Of a stretch of DNA of 30,519 nucleotides, positions 1 to 8,178 are shown in pieces; the stretch's first letter is position 1; every line of letters starts with the position of its first letter. The translations under genes and the position numbers were made by a program. Origin of the DNA: a virus; IMG/VR virus record IMGVR_UViG_3300005832_000021, positions 1 through 30,519 of that record; one strand, written 5' to 3'. The notes beneath the pieces are model-generated. The model had not been told where the DNA came from. It saw only the letters and a list, made by a program, of their open reading frames with translations, and did not search any database.

Positions 1-120
1 ATCCCCAGTATAACTATGCTGCCCGAGGTCAAGAGATCCGATATCGATCTCCCCAGGCCAAAAAGAGAGCGCCGCTTGATCGTCAAGCTCGGCGCGTGAT
101 CTCGACGCTCTTATATTTCG
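1..120. repeat. Terminal direct repeat, left copy (identical to 30400-30519)
   Basis: Bases 1-120 match 30400-30519 letter for letter. The repeat is cut off by the window edge, so 120 bp is a minimum on that side. Confidence 0.97.
56..95 (-). terminator. Putative intrinsic terminator for minus-strand read-through; its hairpin abuts the GTG start of the 96..884 gene
   Basis: Hairpin arms are gcgccgcttga (69-79) and tcaag-ct-cggcgc (83-95), with an 11-bp stem, a 2-nt bulge and a 3-nt loop. On the minus strand it is followed by TCTCTTTTTGG (68-58). A second copy lies in the right terminal repeat. Confidence 0.4.
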
Positions 121-884
121 TGCTGCTTTGGGCGATCTTGCTCGTCGGCGGATTCGTGATCGTTACGCGCTCGTATTCGAGCGGAGAGCCTCGCAGCGAG
201 CCCACCTCGACGATGATATCGATCGCCGCGCTCCCGTTGCTCTCGAGCCCGACTGAGAGCCCGAGCCCATATCCCAGCGAGACGGCCGAGCCCAGCCCGA
301 CGAGCTCGCCGGTCCCGACTGAGAGCCCGACCCAGGTCGCTTGTATTCCCCAGGTCGTCGAGGTCGAGGTCATTCGAGAGATTACCGTAATCCCTCAATC
401 GACCGAGACCCAGGTCCCGACCTTGACGGCGACGGTCTCTCCGCTCGCGCTCAAGCTCGCTCATGATACCGAGATGATCATCCGATCCGAATCTCATAAA
501 ATGGGATTGATCGAGTTTTTTGTCTCTCCGGCTTTTATCGTCTCCGCCCTCGCTTTTTTTGCGATCATTGTAACGTATGCAGCGATCCGGATCGCCGAGA
601 CCCGGAAAGCGACCATCGACGAGACGATCGAGGATGTCGGCGAGATCTCCGACCGTATCCAGACCGGCGAGATCGCGACCAATTACCCGACGACGACCGA
701 GGTCGATCAGATCCGGCGATTACTCGAGATCATCCCGGAGCTCGCCGAGCATCCGACGACCATCTCGAAAATTTGGTACGATCAGCGCGGCGGTACGGGA
801 TTCTATAAAGTAAAGAGAGCGATCAAAGTAATATCTACCCAGTCGTTACCCTCTCCCCCACCGACCGAGGATATAGACTATTGA
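96..884 (+). CDS. Two-pass membrane protein with Pro/Ser/Thr/Glu-rich linker (function unknown; superinfection-exclusion-like candidate)
   Basis: 262-aa ORF with a GTG start. It has an N-terminal TM helix (LLYFVLLWAILLVGGFVIV), a PTESP-type low-complexity linker and a second TM helix (FFVSPAFIVSALAFFAIIVTYAAI). Codon usage (GAG/ATC/GTC/CTC/ACG) matches the phage genes. No Shine-Dalgarno is visible upstream. Confidence 0.55.
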   Translation: MISTLLYFVLLWAILLVGGFVIVTRSYSSGEPRSEPTSTMISIAALPLLSSPTESPSPYPSETAEPSPTSSPVPTESPTQVACIPQVVEVEVIREITVIPQSTETQVPTLTATVSPLALKLAHDTEMIIRSESHKMGLIEFFVSPAFIVSALAFFAIIVTYAAIRIAETRKATIDETIEDVGEISDRIQTGEIATNYPTTTEVDQIRRLLEIIPELAEHPTTISKIWYDQRGGTGFYKVKRAIKVISTQSLPSPPPTEDIDY

Positions 885-922
885 TTGCGCTTTTAGCGTG
901 TAGTAGTAGTGGAGTAGCGAAA

Positions 923-1120
923 ATGTCTTTTGTGAAATGGATAATTGACAGTTTGGTAAGTGAGGACGTGATCGATCTTTATTTTGTGATCTCGGAGCTC
1001 AAAGATATCCCGATCAGCGATCAAGAGCGCGTCGAGAGCAACGCGCTCGATTCGGAATGTTTAAATAAAATCGGGCGATCATCCAAAGATAAGCGCCCGA
1101 TTGGAAAGAGAGTCGAGTGA
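923..1120 (+). CDS. Hypothetical small protein (65 aa from the internal ATG; the ORF track gives 881..1120)
   Basis: ATG at 923 is preceded by GGAG 8 nt upstream. The stop abuts the convergent minus-strand stop at 1121. The ORF overlaps the candidate late-operon terminator, so coding status is uncertain. Confidence 0.3.
   Translation: MSFVKWIIDSLVSEDVIDLYFVISELKDIPISDQERVESNALDSECLNKIGRSSKDKRPIGKRVE
1058..1102 (-). terminator. Putative intrinsic terminator of the late (minus-strand) operon
   Basis: A 9-bp GC-rich stem pairs aatcgggcg (1069-1077) with cgcccgatt (1094-1102) around a 16-nt loop. On the minus strand it is followed by TTATTTAA. It lies about 20 nt downstream of the last late gene stop (1121). 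Confidence 0.4.
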
Positions 1121-1672
1121 TTACGCTCCCGGTCCGATCATGGCGATCGAAAACTCGGGAGAAAAGTTAGAGGTAGATAGCATATTTAATGCCCCTGTAC
1201 TATTTTGATATACAGCCATCGTCACATATTGAGACGCCGTAAGATAATACATAGTAGTAACCGACAAGCGAGTCGCCGATCCGCTCGTGGCATTAGATTG
1301 ATTTACGGCGATCGTTGTAGATCCGTCAATAACAATCGAGACAAAGCGTCGCCCGGTTGCGTTGCTCGAAAACTCACCATGAGCGCAAATAATATATAAA
1401 CCGTTTCTCGGGATTGTTAACCTTGACGTATTTGAAACCGTCGAATGTAATCCGTCCGAGTCGTATCTCTCCTGATTAAAAGTTAAAGAAGTTACTGCGG
1501 AATCTGGTATGGATATATTAGCGTCATTATAGACTCTCGCCCTCGGAAACATCGACCCAAGGGCGATCTTTTGGGTCTCAGCCGATCCCGCCGGATCGTC
1601 GACGATCGGCAAGAGATCAGCGAGGACCGGAGTCGTATTCTCGTTTAGTTGCGTAATCTTTGAATCTGCCAT
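1121..1672 (-). CDS. Tail fibre / receptor-binding protein candidate with C1q/TNF-like beta-sandwich C-terminus
   Basis: Last gene of the late operon. The N-terminus MADSKITQLNENTTPVLADLLPIVDD...TQKI resembles the conserved N-terminal anchor motif of many phage fibre proteins. The C-terminal region is beta-rich (RLTIPRNGLYIICAHGEF..GRRFVSIVIDG). Confidence 0.55.
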   Translation of the reverse strand: MADSKITQLNENTTPVLADLLPIVDDPAGSAETQKIALGSMFPRARVYNDANISIPDSAVTSLTFNQERYDSDGLHSTVSNTSRLTIPRNGLYIICAHGEFSSNATGRRFVSIVIDGSTTIAVNQSNATSGSATRLSVTTMYYLTASQYVTMAVYQNSTGALNMLSTSNFSPEFSIAMIGPGA

Positions 1673-1683
1673 AATCTAACCTC

Positions 1684-2247
1684 TCATGATATGTTGATAT
1701 CGACCAAAAAACAAAAGAATGACAAGCTCGCCGAGGTCGTATCGTTCGCGCTTGCTCCATTTCTGTAAAAAACCATCGTCAAAAGATCGCTTGTCGAGAG
1801 CGCGAGCGCTGCTCTTGTATTGACCGTCTCGAGCTTAAGAGCGGTTACTCCGGTCGCGACGAGACTATCGAGAGATGAGTTTTCATCATAAGATTCGGTC
1901 CCTCCGATATCGCCATAGTATAAATCTAATTTTGAGTATAGATTACCGGTCCCGACCGAGTAGACAATCGCCGAGACGTCGATCGTAAGCGTCCCGACGG
2001 TCGGTAACATAAAATTGCCATATACATAACAGTTTTTATTATCCGGCAAAATAAATTGTCCGGTATCGCCCGCGTTTAAAGAGATCGCGACGGTATCCGA
2101 ATTATTATATGCCGAATACGCCGGGACTCTTAATCGAGCAAAAGAGCGACTATTGAGCTCGGTAAAGTTATCGCGGATATACGTATTATGTTGTGCGGCG
2201 GTCCATAGCTCGCCGGTCGTGACCGTTGGTACTGCTGAATATGCCAT
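1684..2247 (-). CDS. Tail fibre-like / baseplate-attached protein candidate
   Basis: The N-terminus ...TTGELWTAAQHNTYIRDNFTEL matches a motif recurrent at the N-termini of phage fibre proteins. The remainder is beta-rich. It sits in the tail-tip position. Confidence 0.5.
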   Translation of the reverse strand: MAYSAVPTVTTGELWTAAQHNTYIRDNFTELNSRSFARLRVPAYSAYNNSDTVAISLNAGDTGQFILPDNKNCYVYGNFMLPTVGTLTIDVSAIVYSVGTGNLYSKLDLYYGDIGGTESYDENSSLDSLVATGVTALKLETVNTRAALALSTSDLLTMVFYRNGASANDTTSASLSFFCFLVDINIS

Positions 2248-2259
2248 AATTAAACTCCT

Positions 2260-3780
2260 CTAAAATGCGAATCTCGACGAGACTCCAAGCGAGGTCGTAA
2301 ACTCCCAGTATTGAGTCATATCGACCGGCTCAAGAGACCAGGAAACCGCAAAATGCTGCCCATTCTCGGAGAGCCATCTCTCGTCAATTTTCGAGACGTA
2401 AAAGTCGGTATCGATCTCGAGCGTATCCAGATCGGCTCTTACACGGGTCCCCAGGTCGGTCGGTAGCGTTAATGTATCCTGGTCGTCGAGTGTGACCGTC
2501 GGGAATATGAGCGGATTCTCGAGCCATGATAAGAGCCATAAAGCGAAGTCGCGGGCGACGTTCGTCGATTGTATCCATAAGAGATCGAGATCGAGCGAGC
2601 TTTTTGTAATGCGCGTCGAGGCGGTCGCCTCGTACTCCGTGACCGTTGGAGAGTCGAGCGCGTCGCCTCGCAATTTTAAGAGTGTCATATAAGCGTCGGT
2701 CGCTCCCGAGTTTGTGATCGTGATCTTTGCGGTCCGACCCAGTTTGTCGACCGTGATCGAGATATTTGCGGTCAAGTTGGATCCGCCGCCGCTCGATAGA
2801 GAGTTTGCGGTATAGTCAGTCGTCGCGACTGGATTCGTTATGGCGGTCGCGACGATCGGTCGATTTTCATAAACGAGCGACGCCCAGATCTCGAGCGACT
2901 CTCCGGCTTTTACGAGCGGGATATCAACCAATCGCCAAAGCTCAATCGCGGTACGCTCGAGGACCGGATGAGCTTTGACGACGACTTTGTTTTTGATCGA
3001 TCGCCATTCGTACGGCGTCTCGATATCTTTACCGAGATCCGCCTCGGTGATCGTAATATCCTCAGTCGTATTATAAAGCTCATGGCGAGCGTAAAATGTA
3101 AACTTGCCATCATTCGAGAAAAAAACTTGTCCGAGATTACTCTCGACCAATCGCCATAATTCGTCGTCGGCGGTTTTTGACTCGCTCCAAAAATAATCAA
3201 TATCGTCTCCGGCTCCGTTGATATCCCGATCAGCGTCCGACCATCCGATCTCGTCGAGGATCGCGCCGATCGCCGTCGCCGTATCGGTCGCCGAGATTAC
3301 ATCGATCCGTAATCCGCTCTCGTTTCTCATCCGTCGCCAATCGTCTAGTATCGTAATTCTGACGGTCCGATTAACGTTACGAGTCGCCGGTTGGATATCA
3401 TCGATCCGACCGGTAAAACGAGCGTGATAATCGCCGTCGGAGAGATACAAAAAGTCGCCACTCTCTTGTAAAAGCGCGTCGCCGCTCTCGAGCAATAACA
3501 GATCGGTCCCGCCCTCCTCGACGCCGATCTCGATCTTGCGATCGGGAGACAAGAGACCGTAAAGCGGCGAGCTCGAGTAATACGGATCAAAGCGCCGGTC
3601 GTCGTTATATAGCTCGATAACCGCTCGCCCGATCCTTTGAGCCTCAAAACCTAAACCGTCGTTTTTGAGCATCCTCTCGCGCCCGCGTTGGGCGGAGTAT
3701 GAAAACGTTAACCCATGCTCCCCGGTCTCGGCGATCTCGTCGCCGTCCCAGTCGATAAAGATTCTCCAATGCTTAGCCAT
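2260..3780 (-). CDS. Tail tip protein (distal tail / Tal-like), 506 aa
   Basis: Lies immediately downstream of the tape measure gene. I moved the start to ATG at 3780 (MAKHWRIFIDWDGD...), which overlaps the tape measure stop in AATGGCTAA. The track start at 3846 would overlap the tape measure gene by 74 nt. Confidence 0.6.
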   Translation of the reverse strand: MAKHWRIFIDWDGDEIAETGEHGLTFSYSAQRGRERMLKNDGLGFEAQRIGRAVIELYNDDRRFDPYYSSSPLYGLLSPDRKIEIGVEEGGTDLLLLESGDALLQESGDFLYLSDGDYHARFTGRIDDIQPATRNVNRTVRITILDDWRRMRNESGLRIDVISATDTATAIGAILDEIGWSDADRDINGAGDDIDYFWSESKTADDELWRLVESNLGQVFFSNDGKFTFYARHELYNTTEDITITEADLGKDIETPYEWRSIKNKVVVKAHPVLERTAIELWRLVDIPLVKAGESLEIWASLVYENRPIVATAITNPVATTDYTANSLSSGGGSNLTANISITVDKLGRTAKITITNSGATDAYMTLLKLRGDALDSPTVTEYEATASTRITKSSLDLDLLWIQSTNVARDFALWLLSWLENPLIFPTVTLDDQDTLTLPTDLGTRVRADLDTLEIDTDFYVSKIDERWLSENGQHFAVSWSLEPVDMTQYWEFTTSLGVSSRFAF

Positions 3781-5452
3781 TACGCCGAGCGTCCTCGAGA
3801 TACGGCAGAATATGATTGGCAAAATCAGCGATCCCGCCGATACCAAAAAACTGAGCGCCTCGAGCGTCGATCGTCAATCCAGATCCCGAGCGAGACCCCG
3901 GCGATCCTTGAGGCGTGATCGAGACGCGCTCTCCGGCGGTCGCCATAAACGAGACCGGGACCGCGTCGATCCCAGCCGGACCGGCGACCGTAAACTCGCC
4001 GCCCAGTTGATATCGTTTATCGGTCCCGGGCGGCATCCCGACTTTCGGTATCGTGCCCTCTTGACGGAATTTAAAGACGGTCTCATGAGAGGTCGGGACC
4101 GCCCGGATCGCGTCGCCGAGTTGTTTTACCTGCGAATAAAACTGTAAAGCGGAGATCTTACCGCTCGCGTAATCGCTCTCGAGCTTTGCGAGGGCGGTCG
4201 CCGCGTCGGTCTCCGCTTTGGTGTATCCGCCGAGCGTAATCATGATATTACGGGTCATTTGCTCGTAATCCTCGGCCGAGATCGACCCGTTTCCGTACGC
4301 GACCGTTAACGCCTCGATCGCTTTTTGAGCGACGGTCGCCTCGGTTACTTTCCCCAGGCTAAAAACAAGATCGTTAGTCGCGTCTTTTGCCTCGATCGTC
4401 GCGCCTCGAGCGAGATCGAGCGCCGCTTTATAATCGCCGACGACGACTCCGGCGGTCCCGGCTCCGACCTCGAGCTCTTGTAATCCGCTCGTAAGGTCGG
4501 CGGTCCGATCCTCGACCTCTTTGGTCATTCGAGCGTTATCGTACTCTTTTTCGCTTAACTCCTCCCAGATTAAAATTAATAAGGGTTGCTCTTTTTTGAG
4601 CTCGTTTACGCGGTCGATATACTCATCATACGATTCGGTATTCTCGACGATCCCAGCGTTAACCTCTTTGATCGTGTCAAAGAGCCGGAAACCCTGATCG
4701 ATCATCGGTACAAGACCATCGGCGACCATTTCCGCTAAACTGTCTTTAGCGTCTCCGGCGACCGCTTTTAACCGGTCGAGCGACGAGACCGCTTGAAACC
4801 CTGCCTCATCGAGCTTACCCATCGCCTCGGCTCCGATCTCCATCGTCGCTGTCAAAAATGCGGTTTGTCTGTCCATCCCGGCGACCGACTCGGTTAATTC
4901 GTTCATCCGGTCGCGTACCGCCGCGCCGGAGATTCCGAACGTATCGAGCCTCGGGATCGATTGATTAGCGAGCATGAGGCTAAAATTCTCAAAGCTCGTC
5001 GAGGCGTCCTCTCCCATTGCCGCGCCGAGCGTGATCGCCATCTCGGTTAATTTGGCGGCCTCGTCGGTCGTCGAGGCGAGACCCATCGCAAAAAGACGGC
5101 TCGCGTTTTGAGTGGCCTCAAATTTTGTGATCGCTCCCCCAGCCGCCATCGTTACCGCCCGGATCGCTCGATCGGCTTCCTCGCTTGACCCGGTATATCC
5201 GATCAGCGCTTTCTCGGCGTTATTGATTGCGATCCCTTGCTCGGTGAGATTGACGGTCGCTGCTAGGACTCCTTTGACGCCGTAAGCGGCGATCGCTCCC
5301 CCGGCGAGTTTCCAGGCATCGCCCAGTTGACCGCCGGAGTCGCTCGTCTTTTTGGTTTGCTGCTCAAGATCGCCGAGCTCTTTTTTGACGTCGGCGACGC
5401 CGGATCCCTCTTTTTTTGATCTGAGAATATATTCGAGTATGCTTTGAGCCAT
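3773..5452 (-). CDS. Tail tape measure protein
   Basis: 559 aa, Ala/Gly-rich and helical. The N-terminal region is typical of tape measure domains (...AAGGAITKFEATQNASRLFAMGLASTTDEAAKLTEMAITLGAAMGEDAS...). It sits directly after the G/G-T chaperone pair. Confidence 0.9.
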   Translation of the reverse strand: MAQSILEYILRSKKEGSGVADVKKELGDLEQQTKKTSDSGGQLGDAWKLAGGAIAAYGVKGVLAATVNLTEQGIAINNAEKALIGYTGSSEEADRAIRAVTMAAGGAITKFEATQNASRLFAMGLASTTDEAAKLTEMAITLGAAMGEDASTSFENFSLMLANQSIPRLDTFGISGAAVRDRMNELTESVAGMDRQTAFLTATMEIGAEAMGKLDEAGFQAVSSLDRLKAVAGDAKDSLAEMVADGLVPMIDQGFRLFDTIKEVNAGIVENTESYDEYIDRVNELKKEQPLLILIWEELSEKEYDNARMTKEVEDRTADLTSGLQELEVGAGTAGVVVGDYKAALDLARGATIEAKDATNDLVFSLGKVTEATVAQKAIEALTVAYGNGSISAEDYEQMTRNIMITLGGYTKAETDAATALAKLESDYASGKISALQFYSQVKQLGDAIRAVPTSHETVFKFRQEGTIPKVGMPPGTDKRYQLGGEFTVAGPAGIDAVPVSFMATAGERVSITPQGSPGSRSGSGLTIDARGAQFFGIGGIADFANHILPYLEDARRNG

Positions 5453-5455
5453 CGA

Positions 5456-6123
5456 TTACATTACCTTGTTTTTTGCAAAAAACTCGCTCCGGGCGGCGTC
5501 GATCTTGCGATCATGCTCAGCGACCATCGTCGGGATCTCGGAGAGTAAGGCGTTAATCCAGTCGTCGTCGAGTTGATCGACCTCCCAGGGAGCGATAACC
5601 GCTCCGCCCGATCGGGTATTAATGATCCTGGCGAGACCGATCATAATCGTTTTTTGATCGGTTATCGTTTTCGAGAGGGCGGCGTCGATTAACGCCGCAT
5701 CCCTTTTTTTTGACTTGCATTGATATAGTCGACGATCATCCCGATCGTAAGCGTCGTTATAAATTGCCATAAACCCGGGTCGTGATCCTCGCAATCTTTT
5801 TGTAATTGAGCGACCTCATCCGGCGACCAGTGAGTCGTCTCATTCTTATCCTGAGACCATAAGAGCGCCCAGATCTCGAGATATCGGTCGGCGTTTTCTT
5901 TCATCCGACGACCGATCTCTTTTAATGCGCTCTTATTTTCGGGATCCGCTTTGGAGAGCGCCTCGAGCAATTCTCTAGAGCTTTCCGTGATCTCGTTGTA
6001 CTCATTTCTGATCGATCGAGGCGGATTGACCCAGACCCGGATGATCTCGATCTCGCCTGTATCGTAATACTCGTCGAGATCGAGGTCTCGGATTACTTTT
6101 CTAAACTTGATACGCTTTGACAT
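5456..6123 (-). CDS. Tail assembly chaperone G-T fusion made by -1 programmed ribosomal frameshift (about 222 aa)
   Basis: The zero frame reads ...GCA AGT CAA AAA AAA GGG ATG CGG CGT TAA. A -1 slip on A AAA AAA continues as AAA AAA AGG GAT GCG GCG = KKRDAALIDAALSK..., which is exactly the downstream ORF. Confidence 0.75.
5689..6123 (-). CDS. Tail assembly chaperone (gpG-like)
   Basis: 144-aa ORF between the major tail and tape measure genes. It ends just after an A8 slippery run and overlaps the -1 frame ORF 5456..5794. Confidence 0.8.
   Translation of the reverse strand: MSKRIKFRKVIRDLDLDEYYDTGEIEIIRVWVNPPRSIRNEYNEITESSRELLEALSKADPENKSALKEIGRRMKENADRYLEIWALLWSQDKNETTHWSPDEVAQLQKDCEDHDPGLWQFITTLTIGMIVDYINASQKKGMRR
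5704..5711 (-). promoter_or_regulatory. Slippery sequence (A AAA AAA G) for the -1 frameshift
   Basis: Eight consecutive T on the plus strand (5704-5711) give A8 on the coding strand. They are positioned as an X XXY YYZ heptamer in the G reading frame. Confidence 0.75.
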
Positions 6124-6147
6124 TATTTTCTCTCCCTGACTCTGATC

Positions 6148-7164
6148 TTATACCGAAGCGACGTTGGCGGTCGTAAAGATCTCGATCCCCGCCTCGCCGG
6201 TCGCGTCATAAACCGCGCTCGTTACGATCGTATCGATATTATTACCTCGATCTTGACTTGCGAGCGGTACGACTTGAGAAAACTCGGCCGCCCAGTTGAT
6301 TGTCAAGTTGTTGAGGTCTCCGGCTCCGATTTGCGGGCCGTTGATCTGTAAGCTCATATAACGACGGGTCCCGGCTTGCCAATCGTCAAAAAAGGCGTCC
6401 GATGCTGCCCCGCGCTCGAGCGTCAAAGTCGCCATTAGCGCGATATGAGCTTGACCATGCGTATTAAAATACGGGTTTGCCGATCCCATAAATTTTGGAT
6501 GAGCGCCGCCGACGATATCGATCGTGAAACCGCGTAAGATATTCGTTACCTCGGTATTGCCGCGATTCGCCCAGGTCGCGTCGGAGTATAGCCGAGCGAG
6601 TTTACTGTTCATTTGGGTCATCGTCGGTAAATTTAACGACCCGGTAAAACTCGTCGCGGTGACTTGTCGACCAAAGAGCGACCCGGAGAGCTCGACCGGA
6701 TTGATCCCCTCATCCTGTGTAATCGCTCCGGAGATCGAGAGCGTCTCGAGCATCCCGTATTCGATCTCGTACGCCTGCGTATCGTCGCCGATCTCGAGCG
6801 TAATCGAGTCGAGCGTGTTATCGGCTCCGAAAGTGAGATCCGGCGTAAAATCCCAAAGATAGTCAGCGGCTCCGCCGGTTTGCTCAACCGGAGAGACGCC
6901 GCCGATCGTGAGCATCGAAAACAAGATCGGGAGCGCCTCAAAATAAGCGCCCTCGCTCGAGACGAGATCATAACGAGCGAGTCGGCTATATTGCTCGGCG
7001 CGGCTCGATTGCATCCGTACGCCGAGATTCTCGACCGGAAAGTGTATCGTCCGATCGGGTTGTAGAGCTTGAGCGGTAAAAGCGAGGATCGTATCGGCGG
7101 CGACGGCGGTCCCGTTATTTGTCTCGAGCCCATATTGTAATTTGCTAAAAACCCTTTGTCCCAT
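6148..7164 (-). CDS. Major tail (tube) protein
   Basis: 338-aa beta-rich protein directly upstream of the G/G-T chaperones, which is the canonical siphovirus position. Confidence 0.7.
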   Translation of the reverse strand: MGQRVFSKLQYGLETNNGTAVAADTILAFTAQALQPDRTIHFPVENLGVRMQSSRAEQYSRLARYDLVSSEGAYFEALPILFSMLTIGGVSPVEQTGGAADYLWDFTPDLTFGADNTLDSITLEIGDDTQAYEIEYGMLETLSISGAITQDEGINPVELSGSLFGRQVTATSFTGSLNLPTMTQMNSKLARLYSDATWANRGNTEVTNILRGFTIDIVGGAHPKFMGSANPYFNTHGQAHIALMATLTLERGAASDAFFDDWQAGTRRYMSLQINGPQIGAGDLNNLTINWAAEFSQVVPLASQDRGNNIDTIVTSAVYDATGEAGIEIFTTANVASV

Positions 7165-7183
7165 AATAAGACTCCTTTATGTT

Positions 7184-7663
7184 TTACGCAGCGACCGAGA
7201 GCCCGGTCATACCGCTGATATTTTCTTTTACTTTCCAGTTTACGACGATCCCGAGATATGGGTTATCGTTATCGCCGTAAGTTAATTGTACTGGTCCCTC
7301 CATTGAGGGAGATCCGGCGTCGGTCGAATCGATCATAAAATATAATACTGATCCCGAGAGCGTGATCGAGCCCATCGCCGCGACCGCGATCCGCTCAAAA
7401 TAGGGTAATAACCTCGGGAGATTACTTTTACTGACATTCGGAAATAAGTAAAACTCGGAGCGCCCGACCCAGTGAGCGAGGATCGGACCGCCGACCGAGT
7501 ATGTTAACGATACGTCGCTCGGATACGTAATAACCGCCGGAGCGCTGACGGTCTCCGGAAAGTCGTCGAGCTCGCTCATCTTGTGAGCTCGCAGCGTCCC
7601 GCCCTCATGCGTTACGATCGTCGCCCAGCGGTCGGAGATCTTGTCTATCCAATTTTGTAACAT
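7184..7663 (-). CDS. Putative tail terminator / head-tail joining protein
   Basis: 159-aa ORF between the gp10-like gene and the major tail gene. Assigned by position only. Confidence 0.35.
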   Translation of the reverse strand: MLQNWIDKISDRWATIVTHEGGTLRAHKMSELDDFPETVSAPAVITYPSDVSLTYSVGGPILAHWVGRSEFYLFPNVSKSNLPRLLPYFERIAVAAMGSITLSGSVLYFMIDSTDAGSPSMEGPVQLTYGDNDNPYLGIVVNWKVKENISGMTGLSVAA

Positions 7664-7665
7664 AA

Positions 7666-8178
7666 TCAGTCTCCCGCCATCTCTTGAGCGATCCGGTCGA
7701 GCGCCTCTCGAAATAACATACCGATCCTCGTTTTGCTCGACTCGACCGCTTTTTTGAGCGGCTCTTTACCTTTGATCCCGCGCCGACCGATCGCCCGGGC
7801 TACCAGATAAGCGATCCCGTTAACATCTTTCGAGGGCGGCTTTATGACAAGCTCGACCCAGCGACGTAGCGCGCTCGGCGGCGGCATTTTACCGGGCCGT
7901 CGACCAAACTCGATAACGAGCGGATACGGATAAGGTCTTTGTATATTCGAGAAAACGCGCCCCTCGACGACGCCGCCGAGCGACTTTGTCTCAGTATCGA
8001 TCGAGTTGCGCGCTTGACCTCTAAAAACCGGCATATTGACTCTCGTAAACCCTTGTATCCCTTTGAGCGAGCCCTCGATCGCGTCTTTGAGATGTTTATC
8101 AGCGATCTTGTCGTATTGCGCTAATAACGCCTCGGCTTCTTTAAACTCGTCGGATAAAACGATCTCGTACGATATCAT
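7666..8178 (-). CDS. HK97 gp10-family head-tail joining (tail completion) protein
   Basis: Sequence ...NMPVFRGQARNSIDTE...YPYPLVIEFGRRPGKMPP...RGIKGKEPLKKA fits the gp10-family pattern (P..tG.lr.si ... y...vEfG). Synteny agrees. Confidence 0.6.
   Translation of the reverse strand: MISYEIVLSDEFKEAEALLAQYDKIADKHLKDAIEGSLKGIQGFTRVNMPVFRGQARNSIDTETKSLGGVVEGRVFSNIQRPYPYPLVIEFGRRPGKMPPPSALRRWVELVIKPPSKDVNGIAYLVARAIGRRGIKGKEPLKKAVESSKTRIGMLFREALDRIAQEMAGD

Noticed and set aside
83-497. Minus-strand ORFs 83..373 and 111..497, antisense to the 262-aa plus-strand gene
   Set aside because: They are low-complexity mirror images of the PTESP linker and of the TM helices. The plus-strand frame is longer, has two clean TM helices and uses native codons. 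They are shadow ORFs caused by the palindromic codon bias.
3781-3846. N-terminal 22-codon extension of the 528-aa ORF
   Set aside because: It would overlap the tape measure gene by 74 nt. The ATG at 3780 gives the classic ATG/TAA overlap and a sensible N-terminus.
2384-4147. Numerous 60-160-aa ORFs on both strands inside the tail-tip and tape measure genes (for example 2910..3200, 3345..3647, 3665..4147, 3874..4086)
   Set aside because: They are Arg/Ser-rich, lack RBSs and are fully nested in long, well-supported genes. They are shadow ORFs.
6524-7133. ORFs 6524..6862 +, 6633..7133 - and 6664..7065 + within the major tail gene
   Set aside because: They are nested or antisense with Arg/Ser-rich composition. 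The major tail frame is strongly supported by synteny.
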